Shown: positions 17,993-27,007, numbered from the stretch's first letter. The stretch: DNA of 64,000 bases from Acidobacteriota bacterium (GCA_046726375.1 JBKPAJ010000007.1:6488-70487), one strand, 5' to 3'. Translations and numbers: made by a program. The notes: generated by a model from the sequence alone, not told the origin.

Positions 17993-18112
17993 GCGAACCC
18001 TTAGGTTCGCCTAGCAATCGCGGACCTGAAGGGCCGCGCTACATGAAATCGCATGCGGGCGCGGACCTTTAGGTCAGCTTCATGCGCAGCCGCGGACCTT
18101 GAGGTGCGCCCA
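17993..18112. repeat. array of four REP-like stem-loops GCG(G/A)ACC-N4-GGTNCGC
   Basis: gcgaacc-ctta-ggttcgc (17993), gcggacc-tgaa-gggccgc (18020), gcggacc-ttta-ggtcagc (18061), gcggacc-ttga-ggtgcgc (18092). Confidence 0.7.
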
Positions 18113-18128
18113 GAATCCGAGGTTTTCA

Positions 18129-19154
18129 TTGCTTCTTCCCACTACTTTGGTCGGCAGCTTCCCGCAACCGGACTGGCTGATCGATCGCAAGAAACTCGCC
18201 GGACGCTTCCCCCCGCGTACGCGAGCCAAAGAACTCTGGCGCATCCCGGAACCATGGCTGGCCGAAGCGCAGAACGATGCGACGCTCATCGCGATTCGCG
18301 CGCAGGAAGACGCCGGCCTCGACATCGTGAGCGACGGCGAGATTCGGCGCGAGAGCTACTCCAACCGGTTTGCGACGGCGCTCGACGGCGTCGATCTCGA
18401 CAATCCAGGCACGGCGCTCGATCGCTCTGGACATCCCAATCCTGTACCGCGCATCGTCGGCAAGATCCGGCGGCGTCATCCGGTCGAAGTGGAGGATGTG
18501 CACTTTCTCCGTCGACACGCGAAGAAGCAAATCAAGATCACCGTTCCTGGCCCCTTCACAATGTCGCAACAGGCGCAGAATGACTTCTACGCGAGCGAAG
18601 AAGAAGCGGCAATGGACTACGCGGCGGCCGTCAACGAAGAGATCCGCGATCTGTTTGCCGCCGGCGCAGACGTCGTCCAGGTGGACGAGCCGTATATGCA
18701 GGCGCGTCCGGAGAAGGCGCGTCAGTACGGGTTGCGCGCGCTGAACCGCGCGCTCGAAGGCGTCACCGGCACGACGGCGGTGCACATCTGTTTCGGGTAT
18801 GCCGCCATCATTCACGACCGTCCGTCGGGCTACTCATTTTTGCCCGAGCTAGCCGACTGCAGTTGCAAGCAGGTGTCGATCGAAACGGCGCAGTCGAATC
18901 TCGATTGCTCCGCGCTCAAACCGCTGAGCGGTAAGCAGATTCTTCTTGGCGTGATCGATTTGTCGGACATGAACGTCGAGGCGCCGGAAACCGTCGCCAA
19001 TCGCATCCGCCGGGCGCTGCCGTATGTGGATGCGAGGAACATCATTGCTTCGACGGACTGCGGCATGAAGTACCTGCCTCGCGACGTCGCCGCTGGCAAG
19101 CTGCGCGCGCTGGTCGAAGGCGCCGGGCTCGTGCGCCGCGAATTGGAGTCGTAG
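18129..19154 (+). CDS. cobalamin-independent methionine synthase (MetE C-terminal domain)-like protein
   Basis: LLPTTLVGSFPQPDWL ... DIVSDGEIRRESY ... VQVDEPY ... HICFGY ... STDCGM. I prefer TTG 18129 (GAGG 6 nt upstream) because the track start 18099 lies inside the last REP-like hairpin. Confidence 0.8.
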   Translation: MLLPTTLVGSFPQPDWLIDRKKLAGRFPPRTRAKELWRIPEPWLAEAQNDATLIAIRAQEDAGLDIVSDGEIRRESYSNRFATALDGVDLDNPGTALDRSGHPNPVPRIVGKIRRRHPVEVEDVHFLRRHAKKQIKITVPGPFTMSQQAQNDFYASEEEAAMDYAAAVNEEIRDLFAAGADVVQVDEPYMQARPEKARQYGLRALNRALEGVTGTTAVHICFGYAAIIHDRPSGYSFLPELADCSCKQVSIETAQSNLDCSALKPLSGKQILLGVIDLSDMNVEAPETVANRIRRALPYVDARNIIASTDCGMKYLPRDVAAGKLRALVEGAGLVRRELES

Positions 19155-19156
19155 AC

Positions 19157-20020
19157 ATGCGGTTGTGCCGATTTGGGGACTCCCGCCTCGGTCTCGTGGA
19201 CGGCACGACGCTGCGCGACGTCACGGCAGCGCTCGACGTGCTGCCGGCGTATCACTATCCGTTGCCGACCTACGACGTCATGATCGCGAATCTCGACAAG
19301 GTCAAGGAGCGTGCCGGCGCACTCTCGAAGTCGGCGCCGGAGTTGCCGCTGTCGAGTGTGAAGCTGCTCAGTCCGGTTGCGAATCCAGGCAAGGTGGTCG
19401 GCGCGCCGTTGAATTACAAGAAGCACATGGACGAAGTGCGCGAGCAGGCGCAACTGCATCACGGCAACGAAGGCCACACGGCGCCGATTCATTCCGCGGG
19501 TGTCTTCCTGAAGGCGTCCAGCTCGGTTGTCGGTCCGAGTGAAGGCATTGCCGTGCGTAAGCTCGATCGCCGCAACGATCATGAAGTGGAGCTTGGATTT
19601 GTGATCGGCAAGGAAGCCAGCAACGTGCCGGCGGGCGATGCGCTGAAGTACGTCGCCGGCTACTTCATTGGTCTCGATATCACGATTCGCGGGCCCGAAG
19701 AGCGAAGCCTCCGGAAATCCGTTGATTCCTATACGGTGGTAGGGCCGTGGCTCGTCACCGCGGACGAGATCCCGAATCCTGGCGAGCTCGATTTGCAAAT
19801 CGCCGTGAACGGCGAGATGCGTCAACGCTCGAATACGAAGCACCTGATCCTCGGCGTGCCCGAGTTGATCGAGTACGCGACATCGTTCTACACGCTCTAT
19901 CCGGGCGACATCGTCATCACCGGCACGCCCGAAGGGGTGAGCCCGATTCAGCCGGGCGACACCATCGTGGCGACGATCGAGAAGATCGGGACGATGCAGG
20001 TTGATGTCCGCGAGGCCTAA
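19157..20020 (+). CDS. fumarylacetoacetate hydrolase (FAH) family hydrolase
   Basis: 287 aa. NYKKH ... HEVELGFVIGK ... FIGLDIT ... GDIVITGTPEGV is the classic FAH-fold pattern. Confidence 0.85.
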   Translation: MRLCRFGDSRLGLVDGTTLRDVTAALDVLPAYHYPLPTYDVMIANLDKVKERAGALSKSAPELPLSSVKLLSPVANPGKVVGAPLNYKKHMDEVREQAQLHHGNEGHTAPIHSAGVFLKASSSVVGPSEGIAVRKLDRRNDHEVELGFVIGKEASNVPAGDALKYVAGYFIGLDITIRGPEERSLRKSVDSYTVVGPWLVTADEIPNPGELDLQIAVNGEMRQRSNTKHLILGVPELIEYATSFYTLYPGDIVITGTPEGVSPIQPGDTIVATIEKIGTMQVDVREA

Positions 20021-20777
20021 GGTGAGTTCGCGCGTTTATCGCATTGGACAAATCGTGCCGAGCTCGAACACCACGATGGAGACGGAGATTCCGGCGATGC
20101 TTCGCGCGCGCGAAGCCGTGGAGCCGGAGCGATTCACCTTCCATTCGAGCCGCATGCGCATGAAGACAGTCACTAAAGAAGAGCTCGCGGCGATGGATGC
20201 AGAATCCGATCGCTGTGCCGCGGAGCTCGCCGATGCGCGCGTGGACGTCATCGGCTACGCGTGTCTGGTGGCGATCATGAGCATGGGGAAGGGTTATCAC
20301 TGCCAATCGCAGTCGCGATTGCAATCCGTGGCGGCGCGCGAGGGGCACCCGATTGCGGTCGTGACGAGCGCAGGTGCGCTGGTTGACGGTGTCAAGCGGC
20401 TTGGTGCGAAACGCGTGGCGATGGTGTCGCCCTACCTCAAACCCCTCACCGCACTCGTGTGCGACTACATCCAAGCGGAGGGAGTCGAGGTGGCCGACCG
20501 CGTGTCGCTCGAGATTGCCGACAACGTCGAAGTTGGACGGCAACACCCGATGGCGCTTCTCGACATCTACAAACGGCTGGACCTCACGGGCGTCGATGCA
20601 CTGGTTTTGTCATCGTGCGTGCAAATGCCATCACTAGCCGCAATCCCCGCAGTGGAGAAGGAAACCGGCTTGCCGGTGGTGTCGGCGGCGGTATGCACGA
20701 CGTACGCGATGCTCGACCAATTGGGACTCAAACGCCACGTTCCGAACGCAGGGACATTGTTGGCGGGTGATTTATGA
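20004..20777 (+). CDS. maleate cis-trans isomerase / Asp-Glu racemase superfamily protein
   Basis: YRIGQIVPSSNTTMETEIPAML ... IGYACLVAIM ... LSSCVQMPS, with two catalytic-type Cys contexts. The start may instead be GTG 20022 (GAGG upstream). Confidence 0.8.
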   Translation: MSARPKVSSRVYRIGQIVPSSNTTMETEIPAMLRAREAVEPERFTFHSSRMRMKTVTKEELAAMDAESDRCAAELADARVDVIGYACLVAIMSMGKGYHCQSQSRLQSVAAREGHPIAVVTSAGALVDGVKRLGAKRVAMVSPYLKPLTALVCDYIQAEGVEVADRVSLEIADNVEVGRQHPMALLDIYKRLDLTGVDALVLSSCVQMPSLAAIPAVEKETGLPVVSAAVCTTYAMLDQLGLKRHVPNAGTLLAGDL

Positions 20778-22432
20778 AGCGGCTGATCGCGGACCTAAGG
20801 GTGCGCGCTACATCTGTGTTGTGGGCTACATGTGCGTCGCGGGCTACATTTGTGTCATGGGCGTCTTTTTCGTGGGCGACCCGGCCGTCATCTTCTTCAT
20901 TTGCAGCGCGGCCGTCATTTTCTTCTGTAGCGCCCACTTTTGGGTCCGCGGTGCTTGTCCTCGCGCTCGCGACACCGGCCTATTCGCAGATCGATCTGAG
21001 CGGCGAATGGGCGCCGCGCTTTTACGAGGATCAACCGGAACGCGTCCCGGGGCCCGATCTCGGCGATTACCTTGGCATTCCCATCAGCGACGCCGCGCGC
21101 TGGCGGGCTGAAGCATGGAGCGCCTCGATCATGACGCTGCCGGAATGGCAGTGCCGCCCGCACTCTGCCGACTACATCTGGCGCGGCCCGTCGCCGGTGG
21201 TCATCTCGAAGGAAGTCGATCCCGTGTCGCGCGAGATCACGAGCTTCAAACTCGAATGGCTACGATCGGTCGAGCGGGCCATCTATCTCGATGGCCGAAA
21301 TCCGCCGTCTGAAAACGCGCCTCACACGTGGGCCGGCTTTTCCGTCGGCCGGTGGACCGGCGACATCCTCACGGTTACAACCACGCACCTGAAAGAAGGC
21401 TACGTTCGTCGCAACGGCTTGCCCAGGAGCGATCAGGCGACGCTCACCGAGCATTTCATCCGCAACGGCGACGTGCTGACCGTTGTGACGATCGTGACCG
21501 ATCCGGTGTACCTCACTGAACCGTTCATCCGCACCACCGACTACGAGCTCGATCTCAAGCAGCAAAACCCTCCCTATCCGTGTCACGTTGTCGAAGAAAT
21601 CGATCGGCCGAAAGGGATGGTGCCGCACATTGCACCGGGCACGAATCAGTCGGTGCAGGAGTTTGCCACGAAGCACAACGTGCCCGCCGAGGCTGCGCGC
21701 GGTGGCGCGGCGACGATGTATCCGGTGCGCGTGACGGCCGGCAAGACGAGCGCCGAAACGCGGACGCCTCTAGGTGCCGGTGTTCCGGTGGACTTGACGG
21801 GGCAATGGGTTTCGGTCGTAACCGAAGATTGGCGCTGGCGTATGGTGACGCCACCGAAAGGCGATTACGCGAGCGTCCCGCTCAATCCAGAGGGCGTGAA
21901 GATCGTCAACGCCTGGGATCCGGCGAAAGACGAAGCGGCCGGGCAGCAATGTCGCGCCTACGGAGCAGGTGGCATCATGCGCATGCCCGGTCAGATTCGC
22001 ATCGCCTGGCAAGACGATCGAACACTCAAAGTAGACACAGAAGCCGGATCGCAAACACGCGTGTTCCACTTTGGCGGTGCTGCGCTTGGCGACACGCAGG
22101 CGGGTTGGCAGGGTGTATCGAGTGCACAGTGGCAGTATGCGGGTCGGCCCGCTCGCAGTGGCGGAGCACGTCCCGCTGGCGGCTCGTTGCGCGTCACCAC
22201 TACCCGCTTGTTGCCAGGCTACCTGAGAAAGAACGGCGTGCCGTACGGCGCTAACGCGCGCGTGACCGAATACTTGAATCGCGTGGACGAACCCAATGGC
22301 GATTCGTGGTTGATCGTCACGACGCTGGTCGAGGATCCGCAATACCTCGCGCAACGATTTGTCACGAGCTCGCATTTCAAGAAGGTCGCGGACGGATCGC
22401 CGTGGAATCCAATGCCATGTTCGGCGAAGTGA
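20774..22432 (+). CDS. secreted fusion of the type A and type B unknown domains (A-B protein), with an in-frame element in its signal-peptide region
   Basis: ATGA overlap with the previous gene. Residues ~75-330 align with 15181..16047 (LPEWQCRPH, PYPCHVVEE). Residues ~345-552 align with 17162..17977 (TEDWRWRMVTPPKGD, QQCRAYGAGG, NPMPCSAK). Confidence 0.75.
   Translation: MKRLIADLRVRATSVLWATCASRATFVSWASFSWATRPSSSSFAARPSFSSVAPTFGSAVLVLALATPAYSQIDLSGEWAPRFYEDQPERVPGPDLGDYLGIPISDAARWRAEAWSASIMTLPEWQCRPHSADYIWRGPSPVVISKEVDPVSREITSFKLEWLRSVERAIYLDGRNPPSENAPHTWAGFSVGRWTGDILTVTTTHLKEGYVRRNGLPRSDQATLTEHFIRNGDVLTVVTIVTDPVYLTEPFIRTTDYELDLKQQNPPYPCHVVEEIDRPKGMVPHIAPGTNQSVQEFATKHNVPAEAARGGAATMYPVRVTAGKTSAETRTPLGAGVPVDLTGQWVSVVTEDWRWRMVTPPKGDYASVPLNPEGVKIVNAWDPAKDEAAGQQCRAYGAGGIMRMPGQIRIAWQDDRTLKVDTEAGSQTRVFHFGGAALGDTQAGWQGVSSAQWQYAGRPARSGGARPAGGSLRVTTTRLLPGYLRKNGVPYGANARVTEYLNRVDEPNGDSWLIVTTLVEDPQYLAQRFVTSSHFKKVADGSPWNPMPCSAK
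20789..20950. mobile_element. 162-bp palindromic (MITE/REP-like) element inserted in frame in the coding region
   Basis: Terminal inverted repeats GCGGACCTAAGGGTGCGCGCTACA ... TGTAGCGCCCACTTTTGGGTCCGCG. Internal tandem words. Excising it restores a canonical signal peptide (see findings). Confidence 0.6.
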
Positions 22433-22439
22433 GGAAACC

Positions 22440-23510
22440 ATGAATTACCCAACGACAACGTTCGTTGAAAAACCCGGATTGACTGCGGAACGGCAGGAAT
22501 TCTATGGCCGTCTCGATACGAAAAACACTGCCCCGTTGTGGGAAGTGCTCAATCGCCTGGTCACACCGGAACCACAGCCGACGACAGTTCCTGCGCACTG
22601 GCGCTGGTCCGATATGCGGCCGCTGCTGCTCGAGGCCGGGCGCCTCATCACTGCGAAGGAAGCCGAGCGGCGCGTGCTCGTTCTCGAGAATCCGGGACTG
22701 CGACAACATCCAGCGTTCAAGTCGCAGATTACGCAGAGCCTCTATGCCGGATTGCAATGCATCATGCCCGATGAAGTGGCGCCAAGCCATCGCCACGTGG
22801 CCTCCGCACTTCGTTTCGTCATCGAAGGCGAAGGCGCGTACACCGCCGTGGAAGGCGAGCGCACGAGGATGCGGCCGGGCGATTTCATTCTGACGCCGTC
22901 GTGGACGTTTCACGATCACGGCAATCCCGCCAGCAACCCGGTGATTTGGCTCGACGGCCTCGACGTTCCGATCGTCAACTCGTTCGACACGAGCTTTGCC
23001 GAGCATCATCCGATGGAGACGCAGCCAGTGAGTCGCGAGGAAGGCGACGCCCTAGCGCGCTATGGCGCCAACCTTCTGCCGCTCGAGTACAAGCCATCGC
23101 GACTCTCGGCGCCGGTTTTTACGTATCCGTACGAACGAAGCCGCGAAACGCTTGCACGGCTGCAGCGCACGAGCGAGGTCGATGCGTGTCACGGCATCAA
23201 GCTGCAGTACATCAATCCAGCGACGGGCGGTTATCCGATGCCGACGATTGGCGCCTTTCTGCAGGTACTGCCGAAAGGATTCGACGGTGCGTCGTACCGC
23301 TCGACCGACGCGACGATCGTCTGCGTCGTCGAAGGGCATGGGCGGTCCCGGATTGCGGATGCGACGTTTTCGTGGGAGCCGCACGACGTGTTTGTCGTGC
23401 CGTCGTGGGCGCCGGTGTCTCATTCCGCGCACGACGAGTGTGTGCTCTTCAGCTTTTCCGATCGGCCGGCGCAAAAGGCGCTTGGCCTTTGGCGCGAGCA
23501 ACAGGGCTAA
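22440..23510 (+). CDS. gentisate 1,2-dioxygenase (bicupin)
   Basis: GAGG then ATG 22440. [17 protein letters not shown] ... [39 protein letters not shown] ... [11 protein letters not shown] is very characteristic of gentisate dioxygenases. Confidence 0.85.
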   Translation: MNYPTTTFVEKPGLTAERQEFYGRLDTKNTAPLWEVLNRLVTPEPQPTTVPAHWRWSDMRPLLLEAGRLITAKEAERRVLVLENPGLRQHPAFKSQITQSLYAGLQCIMPDEVAPSHRHVASALRFVIEGEGAYTAVEGERTRMRPGDFILTPSWTFHDHGNPASNPVIWLDGLDVPIVNSFDTSFAEHHPMETQPVSREEGDALARYGANLLPLEYKPSRLSAPVFTYPYERSRETLARLQRTSEVDACHGIKLQYINPATGGYPMPTIGAFLQVLPKGFDGASYRSTDATIVCVVEGHGRSRIADATFSWEPHDVFVVPSWAPVSHSAHDECVLFSFSDRPAQKALGLWREQQG

Positions 23511-23512
23511 CC

Positions 23513-25156
23513 ATGATCAATCGACGCGTATTCCTGGGATCCAGTGCGGCCGCCGCTGCCGCGTTGATGTTCGAGGGTGGGCTGGCACGCGCGTTCGCGC
23601 AGGCTGCGCAAGCAACGCCTGGTGCGACGGTGGAGACGACGGCAGGCAAGATCCGCGGCCTTATACTCGATCCGAAAGTGCATGCGTTCAAGGGCGTGCC
23701 CTACGGCGCGTCAACGGCAGGCCGACGTTTTCTTCCGCCGGTGAAGCCGGCGCCCTGGACAGGAGTACGTGATGCGTTCGCGATCGGCCACCGTTCACCG
23801 CTCGTCGATTCCGTGATCGTGCCCGAGTTCGCTCCGCTCAATCGCAAAGAGACGATGGGCGAAGACTGCCTCGTGCTCAACGTGTGGACGCCGAATGTGG
23901 ATAAACAGAGGCGGCCAGTGATGGTATGGCTGCATGGCGGCGGCTACAACGCGGGATCGGCCGGCTGGATCTGCTACGACGGCGGCGAGCTTGCGCGTAA
24001 ACACGACGTCGTGGTCGTAGGCGTCAACCATCGCCTGAATGCGTTTGGCTTCATGTATCTCGCGGAGCTCGGCGGAGAGAAGTACGCCGAGGCGAGCAAT
24101 CAGGGACTGCGCGACATCATTCTGTCGCTCGAGTGGATTCGCGACAACGCGGCCGCCTTCGGCGGTGACCCGAGCAACGTCACGATCTTCGGCCAGTCCG
24201 GCGGCGCCGGCAAGGTCAGCACGCTGCTCGGCATGCCTGCAGCGCAAGGGCTGTTTCAGCGTGTGATCGTGCAGAGCGGATCATCGATTACCAGTCAGCC
24301 GCGAGCGGCCGCGACGAAAGCTGCTGAAGCGTTCATGCTGCGCGTTGGTCTCAAACCGAATCAAGTCGAGGAGATGGCGCAGTTGCCGATGGAGCAGCTC
24401 GTGACGGCGCTGCAAGCCCGAGCCGGCGGCGGCGAGCGCGGGGGCCCGGGAGGCGGTGGTTTCCAGGCCGGACCTGTCGTCGACGGCAAATCGCTGCCCG
24501 TGAACTGCTTCGATCCGACCGCGACGACGATCTCTGCGAACGTGCCGATGTTGATCGGTTCGACGGAAACAGAAGTGACGTGGAATGTCAACACCAGCTA
24601 CGACGCGCCCGACGAAGCGGGCCTGCGCGCGCGTGTTGCGAAGACGCTCGGTATCGATGAAAGCGCCGCGGACCATGTTGTCGCGGTGTATCGCAAGGGC
24701 CGGCCCAAGGCCAGTAACCTCGATCTCGCGTTGATCATCGAAACAGACAGTTCGAACTTCCGCACAGGAACCGATCTGCAGGCAGAGCGGAAGGCCGCGC
24801 TCGAGAAGGCGCGGGTTTACATGTATCGCTTCCAGTGGTACACGCCGGTGACGGACGGACGGCTGCGCGCGATGCACTGTCTCGACATTCCGTTTGTTTT
24901 CGACAATGTGGAAGCGTGCAAAACGATCACCGGAACCGGTCCCGATCGACAACTATTGGCAGACAGGATGAGCGCGGCGTGGGTGGCGTTCGCGCGCAGC
25001 GGCAATCCGAATCACAAGGGGATTCCGAAGTGGGAGCCGTTTACGGCGAGCGCACGCAACACGATGATCTTCAACACCGAGTGCCGCGCCGTGGTCGATC
25101 CGTATCGCGAGGAGCGGTTACTCACGACGGCTCGAAGGATGCGTGAATCCTTGTAA
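23513..25156 (+). CDS. Tat-exported type-B carboxylesterase/lipase family protein
   Basis: From ATG 23513: [20 protein letters not shown] (twin-arginine), [33 protein letters not shown] (GxSxG). Confidence 0.85.
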   Translation: MINRRVFLGSSAAAAAALMFEGGLARAFAQAAQATPGATVETTAGKIRGLILDPKVHAFKGVPYGASTAGRRFLPPVKPAPWTGVRDAFAIGHRSPLVDSVIVPEFAPLNRKETMGEDCLVLNVWTPNVDKQRRPVMVWLHGGGYNAGSAGWICYDGGELARKHDVVVVGVNHRLNAFGFMYLAELGGEKYAEASNQGLRDIILSLEWIRDNAAAFGGDPSNVTIFGQSGGAGKVSTLLGMPAAQGLFQRVIVQSGSSITSQPRAAATKAAEAFMLRVGLKPNQVEEMAQLPMEQLVTALQARAGGGERGGPGGGGFQAGPVVDGKSLPVNCFDPTATTISANVPMLIGSTETEVTWNVNTSYDAPDEAGLRARVAKTLGIDESAADHVVAVYRKGRPKASNLDLALIIETDSSNFRTGTDLQAERKAALEKARVYMYRFQWYTPVTDGRLRAMHCLDIPFVFDNVEACKTITGTGPDRQLLADRMSAAWVAFARSGNPNHKGIPKWEPFTASARNTMIFNTECRAVVDPYREERLLTTARRMRESL

Positions 25157-25170
25157 GCTACGGCATAAAC

Positions 25171-25251
25171 GGGCGCGGCACCATCCGCGCCCCGGAGTCA
25201 TCGTGTAGTGGCGCGGCTTCAGCCGCGCCCGGCTTGCGGCTTCAGCCGTGC
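25171..25251. repeat. three consecutive GC-rich stem-loops after the esterase stop
   Basis: gggcgcgg-caccat-ccgcgccc (25171-25192), gcgcggc-ttca-gccgcgc (25211-25228), gcggc-ttca-gccgtgc (25236-25251). The second is preceded by TGTAGTGGCGCGG, which is related to the 20789 element ends. Confidence 0.55.
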
Positions 25252-25286
25252 CGGAGCGCGGTGGGATCGCGCCGGGGGGCGACCGA

Positions 25287-26006
25287 ATGAGGGACTCTGG
25301 AGAAGCCGCAAGTCTCGCGGCAGAAGCGTACAGTGTCGTTCGGCGGCGAATACTCCGAGGTGAACTGGTGATGGGCCAGGTCATTTCGCGCCGCAAGCTC
25401 GCCGCAGAACTCGGGATGAGCTTTCTCCCCGTGTCCGAAGCGCTCCTTCGGCTCGAGTTCGAGGGTCTGCTCGAAAGCCGCCCGCGCGCCGGCACGCGCA
25501 TCCGCATCCCCTCGCGCGAAGACGTCAAGGGACATTACGTGGTGCGCGAAGCGCTCGAGACGCAGGCCGCGACGCTCTTCGCCGAGCGCGCGACGGCGGA
25601 CGAGCGCGCGGAGATCAAGAAGCTGGCGTCGCGCGTCGACGCCGGCTCCATTCATGCCGATCCGACGATGTACCCACGGCTGCATCACAAGCTGCATCAG
25701 CGCATCGCCGAGTGTACGCGCTGCCCGGCCCTGATGGCGGCGATTGAAAAGACCAACGCGCTCGCGTCGATCTGGTTCTGCGCGCATCGCGAACCCGACG
25801 TCGACAATCCTTCGCACCGCCATCAGGACTTGGCACAGATTCTGTGCGACGGCGATGCGGAGAAAGCGGCCGACGCGATGCGCGATCACCTGAAGGTCAG
25901 TCTCGAACACACGATGGAGCGGCTGAAGCCGTACTTCCGACTGCGGAAGGCGAGCGGGCAGACGTTCGTGCGCAGTGAGAAACGCCGCGTGAGGCTGGTC
26001 GGGTAA
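25287..26006 (+). CDS. GntR family (FadR/FCD-type) transcriptional regulator
   Basis: ISRRKLAAELGMSFLPVSEALLRLEFEGLLESRPRAGTRI (winged HTH), then a helical FCD-like C-domain. ATG 25287 preferred over the track start GTG 25248. Confidence 0.8.
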   Translation: MRDSGEAASLAAEAYSVVRRRILRGELVMGQVISRRKLAAELGMSFLPVSEALLRLEFEGLLESRPRAGTRIRIPSREDVKGHYVVREALETQAATLFAERATADERAEIKKLASRVDAGSIHADPTMYPRLHHKLHQRIAECTRCPALMAAIEKTNALASIWFCAHREPDVDNPSHRHQDLAQILCDGDAEKAADAMRDHLKVSLEHTMERLKPYFRLRKASGQTFVRSEKRRVRLVG

Positions 26007-26015
26007 AGCGCGTCA

Positions 26016-26222
26016 TCTGGCGATGTCGCGACGTGGTGATGTGGCGATGTGATGTATCGATGGGGTGAGGTGGTGGGGTGTCTGTCGATGTTGCGATGTA
26101 ATGTGTCGATGTAATCACATCACCACATCGTCAGATAACATCATTCCATCGATAGACACATCGCGACATCGACACATCTCAACATCACATCGCCACATCA
26201 CCAGCTCGCCACATCGACACTT
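26016..26222. repeat. GATGTGGCGATGT-word long hairpin at a convergent junction
   Basis: 21-bp perfect inverted repeat: ggtgatgtggcgatgtgatgt (26035-26055) and acatcacatcgccacatcacc (26182-26202). The arms are built from GATGT/CGATG words. Confidence 0.85.
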
Positions 26223-26224
26223 GC

Positions 26225-26683
26225 CTAAGGGCTGTCCAACGCTGCCAACAGATACTTGCGGTGACAATTCGTGCACGCCTGGTAAATCTGATCGCCGGCC
26301 TGCAGCACTTCGTCCACGTTCTTATTGAGCGCCGCTCGTTCGGCCGCGCGCGCCGCGGCATTCAGATCGTGCGCATAGCGCCGCCAGTCGCCCCAATCCT
26401 TTGCACGCCCCGGCATCAGCAGCAGGTTTGACACTTCGGCCAGGGTGATGGCGCCGTGCTCGACGACTTCCCAGTCCGCGTCCGTCTTGGGCAGATTCAC
26501 CGGCTCCCCGTTGATCCACACCGCCGCGTCGAACACCGCGTTCGACGCCGGTGTAACGGTCGCTTCCATCAACTGCTCGAGACTTGCGGTCTGCCGGTAC
26601 TGAGACCATTCGGCGAAGAGCACCGCTGCGCCGCCAAGCACAAAAGCCGTCACGACCGCAAGCGGCCACGCAACCTTGCGCAT
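26225..26683 (-). CDS. class II c-type cytochrome (cytochrome c'/c556-like)
   Basis: 152 aa with N-terminal TM/signal, helical body and a single CTNCH heme motif close to the C-terminus, which is the class II arrangement. Confidence 0.65.
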   Translation of the reverse strand: MRKVAWPLAVVTAFVLGGAAVLFAEWSQYRQTASLEQLMEATVTPASNAVFDAAVWINGEPVNLPKTDADWEVVEHGAITLAEVSNLLLMPGRAKDWGDWRRYAHDLNAAARAAERAALNKNVDEVLQAGDQIYQACTNCHRKYLLAALDSP

Positions 26684-27007
26684 CCGGGTAGCTTACTTCA
26701 GTGGCAACCGACGCAGCGCCGCAGTGATTCGGCCGGCGCATGCTCGAGTCACGCGTTTGCGTATGCCCCACCTCCCGAAGTCGTCGCGTCGGCGATGAGC
26801 CGCGTGAAGTGGCATGTGGCTTTGTCGTTACTGTGCAGCGCGGCCGGTCCCATTGCGATTTCAGGGTGCAATCTCTCGATCGTCGCGCGGCGGCGGTTGT
26901 TGACAGGTTCGTTCGGCGAAGCCGAAAGTTGGACCTTAGTCTTGGTCTAAAGCGCAGCGGATGTCGTTGCAGTTGCCGGCGCGACGCCGGCAGGCAGGAG
27001 GTAGCCG

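Noticed and set aside
22901-23512. Upstream 204 aa of track ORF 22901..25156
   Set aside because: It overlaps the gentisate dioxygenase gene out of frame. The esterase has its own ATG (23513) followed by a twin-arginine signal peptide.
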